NCBI GenBank assembly: GCA_002189035.1
Contig: CM007991.1
Location: 2,046,001-2,110,000 of the forward strand
Reading direction: 5' to 3'
DNA length: 64,000 nt
Origin: Utricularia gibba
Taxonomy: Eukaryota; Plantae; Magnoliophyta
The notes beneath the pieces were generated by a model. The model was not told the DNA's origin, searched no databases, and saw nothing but the letters and a program-made list of their open reading frames with translations. Each line of letters starts with the position of its first letter. Position 1 is the first letter of the stretch. The translations under genes and the position numbers were made by a program. Below are positions 55,801-64,000 of this stretch, piece after piece.

Positions 55801-57560
55801 ATGGAGGAGCCCACTAAATATGTGCCTTCTGATCAGCAAATAAGCAGGTTCTCACTGGAATTGCTGTCTTCTAATTTTTTGTGCTGATGTATTTTGTTAT
55901 TCACATGGAAACATGAGCTTTTTGAAACATATGATTCAGAGAAGCTACTCAACTGACTGCTGTCCTGAAAGAAATGAAGCAAGGTCTAGACACGGTGAGG
56001 AACAAAATTCTGGCTCTAACTACAAAGGTATGCAGGAGTGTGATTATTCAACAGTTAAGTTTATGAAGCTCGCGTATTGTTTTATTGCTAGGAATCCTGG
56101 TCATACCTTTGGTATATTATGCTAGGTCTTGTTATGTTTTGTCGATTGAACTATTTTAGAATATGTGTTAGCTTCACCTAACGTCTTCGTCTGTTTTATT
56201 GCAACTCTTCCCTCCCTTGGTGGAAATCTGGTCAATTCTCATTTAGTTTTGATTTTTATGTGCACAGGTGAAGGCCGGTGATTTACCCACCACGGATGGC
56301 CTAAGCTATCTTGAGGCCAAACATGTGCTCCTTCTAAACTATTGCCAGTCTCTTGTTTATTATCTTCTAAGAAAGGCAAATGGGAGTTCTATTCAAGAGC
56401 ATCCAGTTGTCAAGAGCCTTGTTGAGACCAGATTATTCTTAGAGAAGGTCCCTTCTCTAGTCCTTTGTTTAAATAGGAAGAATGAGGAATCGAGTATTGG
56501 TTTGTGGTTACATTTCCTTCGTTCGCTGTGCAGATTCGTCCAATTGACAAGAAACTGAACTATCAAATTGAGAAGATGACGAGGGATCCAGGAAACAAAG
56601 CTGACACGCCTGGTACAGTTGAAAAGGGAGAAGATAAAAGTAATGATGTGGAGGACTTGACAAAATATCGCCCTCATCCAGAGTTGCTTGTTAGCAAATC
56701 AAATGCAGATTCAGAGGTTGGTTGGCAGCCATCTTCTACGCTATTTAGTTAAGCATAAAAAATATCATGCTCCCAGTTTAACTTCTTTGGCTGAGCGTAT
56801 TTTGGTGAAACTTTCTCAGGATCGGCTTGGTGTGTATAGACCGCCCAAATTCGCTCCATCTTCAATGGAGGACAAGATGTCAAAGGTTGAGAGAAATGCT
56901 TTTCGGAAGGAAAAAGTAATGATGCGGGAAGCCACCCAAAGTGCTTATGTTAGAGACTTGATGAATGATCTAGAGGGAAGACCAGAGGAGGTAATATCAA
57001 ATACAAGTCATGTACGCTGCTTATTCTTATTTTTCTGATGCGGTTTTGTTCTGGAAACTGCAGGTAAGAGAACAATTTGGATCTGAGAGCCGGGAGATGG
57101 TGAATTATATATCAAAGATGGAGGAGCGTGCCCGACAAGAAGAAGAGCATTTCACTCGTGCCCCACTTAATAAATTTGAAAAGAAGAAGATGAAACATTT
57201 AATGAAGTCTAGGAACGGGTAAGATTCTGAATTATCAGAGTCTCCTTCCCATCTATCACTGTACCTATTAAACCGGAGGCTTTCTCTTTGACATGCATCC
57301 CAGGTTGCAAGGCTTGACAGAAAGTTTCTATGATGAGATAAAGGCATTACCTATAGCAGGGGAAGATGAAGACCGTTCTGTTGGGTTCAAGGCTCCCAGT
57401 GCAGGAGATAAAAAGTTCAAGAAACGCAAGGTATCATGCAAACGAACTATTCTGATTGTGCTCTTCTACAGAATACTGAAAACAGCACAGCTCCACTGAA
57501 ACTGCGAATCATTGCTCTTCTCCTTTTCTTGTTTTGGACTTGGTACAGCGTAAACATTAA
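55801..57560 (+). CDS. NGDN: Neuroguidin / Lcp5 (Sas10/Utp3/C1D family, SSU processome)
   Basis: MEEPTKYVPSDQQISR|EATQLTAVLKEMKQGLD, GLSYLEAKHVLLLNYCQSLVYYLLRKA, LVETRLFLEK|IRPIDKKLNYQIEK, KYRPHPELL, GVYRPPKFAP, EEEHFTRAPL. Ends KKRK|RKH*. Confidence 0.92.
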
Positions 57561-57967
57561 CAGGCTACAAACAACCATGGACGTGTTGTGTTAACCAAAT
57601 GATCAGGCAGGATCAGGGTGTATTTGCCTTGCCTTGAAGCAGCAGCAGCAGCTCAAATGGCGGCGGACTTGGTTTTCAGATATCATACTTCAGTTAAGTT
57701 ATATATTACTTCTTCGTTAGTGATCAATGGCTTTCATGATTCAATCTCAACTTCTACATTGATGAGGCAGTACGGTTGATTGTATTTTATAATTAAAATA
57801 TTTTTTTAATTAAACATTAGTTTTGGGAGAAAAATCCAGTATTTGAATCCAAAACGACCAAAAACAGCCAAAAGAAGCATACCAATCAGAGAAAAAGCTT
57901 CCTGCATTGGGAGAGAGGGGAAGTCCGTCCTCATTGTTAGCCTTGTCTTTCTCCTACCTTCGTCCCC

Positions 57968-59375
57968 ATGGGAGAATGTCCGACGTTGCAGATGTTGGAG
58001 ACCATTCTCGCAGCGGAGAAAGACAAGAAAAGATCCGCCCTCAAATGGCAGCCCGGCAAGAAGGGGATTCAGGTGCGTATAACGTCTGCCGTTTCATCGA
58101 CGGAAACCATGCCCTGTGGGTGCGCGCGCGCGTGATTGATGATTGATTACCTTTCAGGCCCTCAACATCGACAAACGAGGAGATGCAGCATTCTTTTCCG
58201 GAGGAGATCAACGCGGTGACCTCGCCGATGACGACCTTCAGATATCGAGCCCAACGCTTGTTTCTCGAACCACCAGCTGGATCAGCCCTGTACCAAGTCC
58301 TCACGGAATCAGGAGTCGGAAGAAGGAACGATCGTTACATAAGAAACTGTCGAAGAAATTTGAAGCGAACGCAGGTGACGATGAGTTCGAGATTTCAAGC
58401 CCGGTTCTCATTTCTCGCACCACGAGCAACATCAGCATTCTGAGTCCACATCTTTCAAGGAATGCAAGCTTTCTCAAAAGCCCTGTGGACAAGAAGAAAC
58501 TGGCTGATCTTTGGAGAGGAGATGGTAAGGATATGGATGATGAGCTTCCCGCTTGCTCCTCCGAGACCCAGTCCTCTTCCAGGAAGGATTCGGCGGACGA
58601 GAACGATCAAGACGATGACAATCATTCATCGAGAACAACCAGCAGATTGCCGAGAAAAACATCATCCGCTGGTGGTATGTACAACCCCCCTGTCACGAGA
58701 AGCGCAGCAGCTGGAAATGGGAGTACCCTAACAACAATTGTGTACACCCACTCCGGGAGTCGGAGGAAGCAGCAGACGATCGAAAGGAAACTCGACTGCA
58801 CACTCGAGGAATTGTGTTTCGGGTGTGTGAAGAAGATTAGCATCGTCAGAGACGCCATTCCTGCCAATGGGTACAGCCACCACCATCCATCTTGATCCCC
58901 TGGTTACTACCTCAACTTCTGAACAGAAGCTCTGGTATATTTTCTGAGCAGGCTACCTGTTCAAGAAGAAGACACATTAACCATAAAAGTGGAGCCCGGG
59001 TGGCAAAAAGGGACGAAAATCATATTCGAAGGGAAGGGAGAGGAGAGGGACATCGTGTTGGTGATTGATGAGAGAACCCACCCGATCTTCGAACGGGATG
59101 GGGACAACTTGGAGCTGGGAGTGGAAGTTCCCCTGCTACAGGCGCTAACAGGATGCACAATCAGTGTGCCCTTGTTATGTGGGGAAATGGATGTGATAGT
59201 GGATGAGATCATATACCCTGGATATGAGATGATAATCCAAGGACAAGGGATGCCAAAAGCCATGGAGCAAGCAAAAAGGGGAGACCTCAAGCTCAAGTTT
59301 CTTGTCGAGTTCCCCGACAACTTAAGCGATGAGCAACGGCAAGAGATTGCTAGTATCCTAGATGAAGAGTACTGA
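57968..59375 (+). CDS. DnaJ/Hsp40 peptide-binding-domain protein with a degenerate J-domain (At1g44160/At1g11040-like)
   Basis: Exons 57968-58072, 58158-58870 and 58952-59375. C-terminal IERKLDCTLEELCFGCVKKI, VEPGWQKGTKIIFEGKG, FERDGDNL, QALTGC, GQGMP, GDLKLKFLVEFP. The N-terminal remnant reads ALKWQPGK. Confidence 0.88.
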
Positions 59376-59583
59376 AAGCAATCCAACTAACATGAATAGT
59401 GATTAACAACAGACATACCAGTAGCATGGATGGCCAGCTGCCCAGATGTTCAAGACGTCTGAGATGGAAAATCTGTCTGTCTTTCTAGTCATCGTGGTGT
59501 ATGATATCTCACCATCAATGCAGTGACCCTGTTGGAAATGCATAACATAGCAATTCCCTTAGACATTATGCCTGCTGATGAAT

Positions 59584-59700
59584 ATCTAGGAACGTACTGA
59601 CTGGAAATCACAGAAATGCACAACAGAATGGGCAATTCATCTAACACCTTATGCAAGGATAAATGTCTAGAATATACGGATACAGAAATGCACAACAGAA
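59584..59700. repeat. Degenerate direct repeat, about 72-bp period, between convergent 3' ends
   Basis: acagaaatgcacaacagaa is identical at 59610-59628 and 59682-59700, each copy preceded by a similar tctag(g/a)a motif. Confidence 0.7.
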
Positions 59701-59724
59701 AAAGAAAAACGGTTTCAGTGACGA

Positions 59725-61943
59725 TCATTTGTTTTTCAAGCCAAGTGCAAATGACAACTTGGGTCGAGATTTATCCTTGCCCAACAGCTTCATTTGCTTT
59801 ACTCGCTCTTCTTCCTCCTCCTGTTTCTTCCTTCGTAATGCCTCCTCTTTCTTTCTCTGGAGCTCCTCCAGCTCCCTGTAGCGTTCCTCCTCCACTTTCT
59901 GCCGCTCCAAAGCCTCTCTTCTTTGAGCTTCTTCCAACATTTTCCTGTTCTCCTCCAAGATTCTTTCCATCTCCTCTCTCTCCCGTCGAGCATCTTCCTG
60001 TAAAATTCAGGTGGATCAGATAAACTCTTATCAAACTCCTTTACCGAATATTCACCTGGTTGATTTTCTCCCTCATATCTAATAAGCATCATCAGATTAA
60101 AATGAACATATATTAAACAGCTTGTCCATATTGCCGAAATATGAAGCAGTCGTCAAAAGTAAAATAAATACTAAGCTGTGATGATTCTTTTTCACAGAAC
60201 GTTGCATAACTCAACAACTGTGAAGTAGATGCTTGCCTCTTTTTTCCTGGCTTCTAGGAGGGCATCTTCCTTCTCTTTTTCAAGTTGGGCCGCCACTTCA
60301 GCAGTAAGCTTCTTTCTACCCACCTCCAGACGCTTATTTATTTCAAGCCTAACTGAATCACAATTCAAGGCCTCTTGAACCTTTTTCTGAATTGCTTCTG
60401 CAACTCTCTTTGCTGTTTCTTCTTCGATTAACTTCAATTCTGCCTCTTCTTGACGCCTGTGAGGAAAAACAATGTAAGAAAAATGTGCAGACCAAGAACA
60501 GATCCACGAGTCGATATCCTTTACATCTTGCTTACAAACAAAAAACCTTATTCCTTACCATAAATATTACAACTTAAGACTTCATCTTGCCAATTAAGAC
60601 TACTAGTGATTTAAAATCATAATGAACGACAAACTAACCTCCAGGTTGAAAGAGATATTATAACAAATTTCCTTATGCTTTTCAAGCATTGCTCTAACTG
60701 ATTTCAGTTTCAAATCTGGTGAACAGAAGATTAACGAGTCAACCAAGTCGATCATCAAACTAAACATTACCAGAAACTCCTTCAATTAATCCTGTGGAGA
60801 AGAACATCAAGCGAAAGGCAGCAGATTTGATATTTCTTGATTAAATGTCCCGCCCTTCCATTTTATCAGTCTTAAGCCAACTAACTGTCGCACTACTGTC
60901 AACCCACGCAACTTCGGAAGGCAAACACTAAATGCCAAGCTTTCCAGCATCAAAATCAATAAATTATTGACACATGTTGCATATGAGAACCGTAGCACTG
61001 AAACCTAACAGCACAAACCATTTGCAAAATGATACAAATTAAGGGATGATTAAATGGGTTTCCATTATGGCATACAGGGTTATTTAAAAATTCGGAAGCT
61101 AAAGAATGATGAAAACGTAGAATCTCAACAACTGTGAATGACGATTGACTCGGTAGAAAAGCAAGATGAAGAAAAGGATGTGTTAAATAGCTATACCTTT
61201 TCTTCAACTCTTCTTCTCTTCTCGACTTTTCATAGGCATTTTTCGTCTCTTTAGTACCAGAAATTACATGTGGAGACCTACGTAATGGGGACGATGATAC
61301 ACTTCCGTTTCTTTGTCTTTTACTCTCCTTTGGACTTGGAGAACGACTTATTCGACGCCTTGAAACAGGGGAGCGGCTCCTGTGGCGTCCAGGAGAATGT
61401 GACCTACTTTGCTTTCTGTAGAATAAGATAAGCATTTAAGTTTCAAAGAACTACCGGGACGCTAAGATCTTCCCAACCCTGCATCACACCGACAGACTAT
61501 CGAATGCTAAAAGCATGTACGTTTACCTCGTTGATTGCAAAGAATAAACTTTGATTGCCATCTTTAATCATAAGAAACTGCTAATACAACCGAGCAATGA
61601 AATGAGACCAGCGCCATCACCTGTTGACTTCCCAGGTAATTGGAAGCCGTGCTCATATCAAGTTTCCCAAACAAAAAACCGTGACAGCCACATGGGCACT
61701 ACGTATTTTCTGAATACTACAGCTCAAGTTTGTACTCACAAGCATCACGTCCAAGCTAATCATAAATTGGGTTCACTGTTCCGTGATACAAAAAATTAAT
61801 TCTTGATTTTCTGCACAAGGGTATCACCTGCTGCGTGAATAATCTTGATTCCTCCAGCTCCGGCGGCCACTCCGCACTGGAGATGGCGAAGGTGAATACC
61901 TTCTGTGCGACGGCGACCTAGATACGACCCTCTCACGGCCCAT
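59725..61943 (-). CDS. ARGLU1: Arginine/glutamate-rich protein 1-like (ARGLU1; At1g10890/At5g13340-like), RS-rich splicing-related protein
   Basis: Exons 61943-61828, 61415-61197, 60456-60237 and 59997-59725. RS-rich N-terminus, RQEEAELKLIEEETAKRVAEAIQKKV, ILEENRKMLEEAQRREALE, C-terminal KLLGKDKSRPKLSFAL. The last intron is GC-AG. Confidence 0.9.
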
Positions 61944-62418
61944 CACAGAAAACTGCCTTATCCAATTTCTCAGCCGATGATTCTACAGAGATCAACCTGA
62001 CATGCGACAGCACAAAGATTTGTACACATGTACATAAAAAATCGATCGCGATCGATTCAAATGCAGACATTAGCCAGAACTTGAAAAAAAAAATGAAGCG
62101 ATGGTTCAACATCAGTTACCTTTATTGACAGAGGATGGAGGACACCGCAATTCCAGAAGAACCCTAAAATCTCCAATGATGAAGATTAGATTATAAAGCG
62201 GTTTTTTCCGCTATATACTGAGTTCCTATTAAAAAAAAAAAAAAAAGCGGTTACTTTCTTGGACTGGACTTAAAAATATCTGCATACTGGGATGAGGCCC
62301 ATATAACTGACGTATGGGCCCAAAATGAGGTCTGGTAATGATTCTTGGGCCTGAGGGACAAAGTTGAGCGAAGAGTTCGAAGATAATCCCAACTTCATCA
62401 ATTCTCTGTGCAACTTCA
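61944..62418. promoter_or_regulatory. Bidirectional promoter between the ARGLU1-like and PYM genes
   Basis: AGGCCCA at 62295-62301, TGGGCCCA at 62315-62322 and TGGGCC near 62348, flanking a TGACGT motif; AACCCTAA telo-like box at about 62160. Confidence 0.5.
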
Positions 62419-63599
62419 ATGGCGAGCAGTGGAACGGAGAATGCAGAACTGACAAAAACCCTAAAGGAAGGTGAAAGGATTCTAGCGCCTACCAGGAGAC
62501 CCGATGGAACGCTTCGCAAGCCTATTCGCATTCGTGCTGGATACGTGCCCCAGGACGAAGTCGCCATTTATCAATCCAAAGGCGCTATCGTCAGTCGCTC
62601 ACTCTTCGTTATCGGATTGCTGCTTTGATTTCCTGTTCTGATTGAATAGATTGCTGTGTTAAGTGGAAGAAGGAGATGGCGGTTATTCGAGAAGTTCCAC
62701 CGGGTTATGATCCGATTGTGGAGGAAAAACCCAAGTCTAAGGCGGCTAAGAGGAACGAGAAGAAGAAGGAGAAGCGTCAACAGGTAGCCCCGATTTCCAT
62801 CAAATTTCAGATGCAAAAATGAGATCGTTAGGTGAACTCTGCTCTTCCAAGTTCTGGTTTGAACAGTCCCCAGTTTTTCAGATGTGTCGAAGTTCAAATG
62901 ACTAGATGTTTGAGTGTAGCTATACAAGGATAATGATCATTGATTGGTGGGGGTGGTTCTGCTTTCTGGTCACCTTTTACCTGCAATCCATTGTGTGGAT
63001 GTGCTGCACAATGCAGGCTGCCTTGGAGAAGAGTAAAATCTCAGAGCAGGATGGTGGGGGGTCGGCCATTGGTGGTGTTGATGCCGGTGAAACGAATTTG
63101 GATAACGTTGCTTCCAGGATGGATGAGCTTTCTCTCGCAGGAGCTGGTTCTCCGGCTGTAGCTGTACCTTCTCTCGATGCCACTTCTTGTTCGATTCCGA
63201 GGGACGAGGTCCAAGATCTTGATAAAAAGATTAGAGCCCTAAAGAAGAAGGTCAGTCGTATTCTCTCCCACTGCTTGATGTGAACTTGACTTCTGAAATC
63301 CTCCTGCCAAGACATCTTTCATGTTTCCTGGTTTCGAGATGAACATAGTTGCCAACACCATAGAGTAGTAGTGTTTCTTCAGTGCCAACTTCATGGTGCA
63401 TTGACTGATAAGAGGAGAGGTTAACCAGGTGTGTTCTTCCGTTTCTCAGATCCGTCTTGCAGAGGAGCAGAAGCGTAAAGGTGGTGAGACGGATATGAAA
63501 CCAGAACAACTGGAGAAGTTGGCCAAAGTAGAAGGTTGGCGCAGTGAGTTGAAGCTGTTGGAAGATAAGAAGGCTGAAATGGCACAACTTAGTCCTTGA
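62419..63599 (+). CDS. PYM: Partner of Y14 and Mago (exon junction complex disassembly factor)
   Basis: EGERILAPTRRPDGTLRKPIRIRAGYVPQDEVAIYQSKG, KSKAAKRNEKKKEKRQQ, DLDKKIRALKKK|IRLAE...PEQLEKLAK. Four exons; stop at 63597-63599. Confidence 0.93.
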
Positions 63600-64000
63600 T
63601 GGATGGGTATGTAACCCTGTTCTATTGTTGAGTGCGATTTAGGTGAGCCTTCACAGATATCTTGAACAGAATCTTTATCTTCTTCGGTTTCTTAATCAGA
63701 AATCGTTGCCAAGACTGAAGAGCTGGTTATCTTTTTCCGATTTTCCTTCGTATTCAAACATCAAACCCCATACATGGCTTTCAAAATCAGGGTGAGCTGC
63801 TGCAAGTTCAAAGAACCTGCTCTGCAGAAACAACATAGTATTATCTGTAGAAGGGAAGCAAGCATGTTACCATTTCTGTATTCGCAGAAAGGAGTTAAGT
63901 TGTAGCTTGCAATGACAATGGGGCACGCCGTTTCGGCTCCCAGTTTCTCTAGCATGGTGAAAAATGCATGGAGTGTCATACGGTGAGGCCGTCGAATCCA

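Noticed and set aside
63976-64000. Possible final codons (GFDGLTV*) of a minus-strand gene entering from beyond the window
   Set aside because: Only 25 nt are visible, which is insufficient to call.

Overview
Gene-dense plant (eudicot) nuclear DNA. I can reconstruct 22 intron-containing or single-exon protein-coding genes in 64 kb (about one per 2.9 kb), many introns are 60-100 nt, and I recognise no intact transposon. The density and protein sequences suggest a compact Lamiales genome such as a Lentibulariaceae species; this is inference, not identification. Genes in order: SPA3/4-like, small TM protein, COX17, LRRC40/PIRL-type LRR protein, LanC-like GCR2, WDR44-like WD40, DUF1218, two head-to-head GH1 beta-glucosidases, myosin VIII, LRR-RLK XI (PSYR-like), coiled-coil protein, LEA, unknown plastid-like protein, CaaX protein, unc-13/DUF810 protein, Agenet protein, Tas-like aldo-keto reductase, neuroguidin, DnaJ-like protein, ARGLU1-like, PYM. 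No prokaryotic system, CRISPR array or intact RNA gene is supported. The most interesting points are: a myosin VIII with many substitutions at normally conserved motor residues; an inverted beta-glucosidase duplication with a changed sugar-binding motif; six GC-AG introns; a candidate poison exon in ARGLU1; a duplicated in-frame splice acceptor; and a GH17 relic beside a tRNA-like box. Six single-base deletions at G/C runs break five genes and are most likely assembly errors. All family assignments come from motif recall, not database searches.
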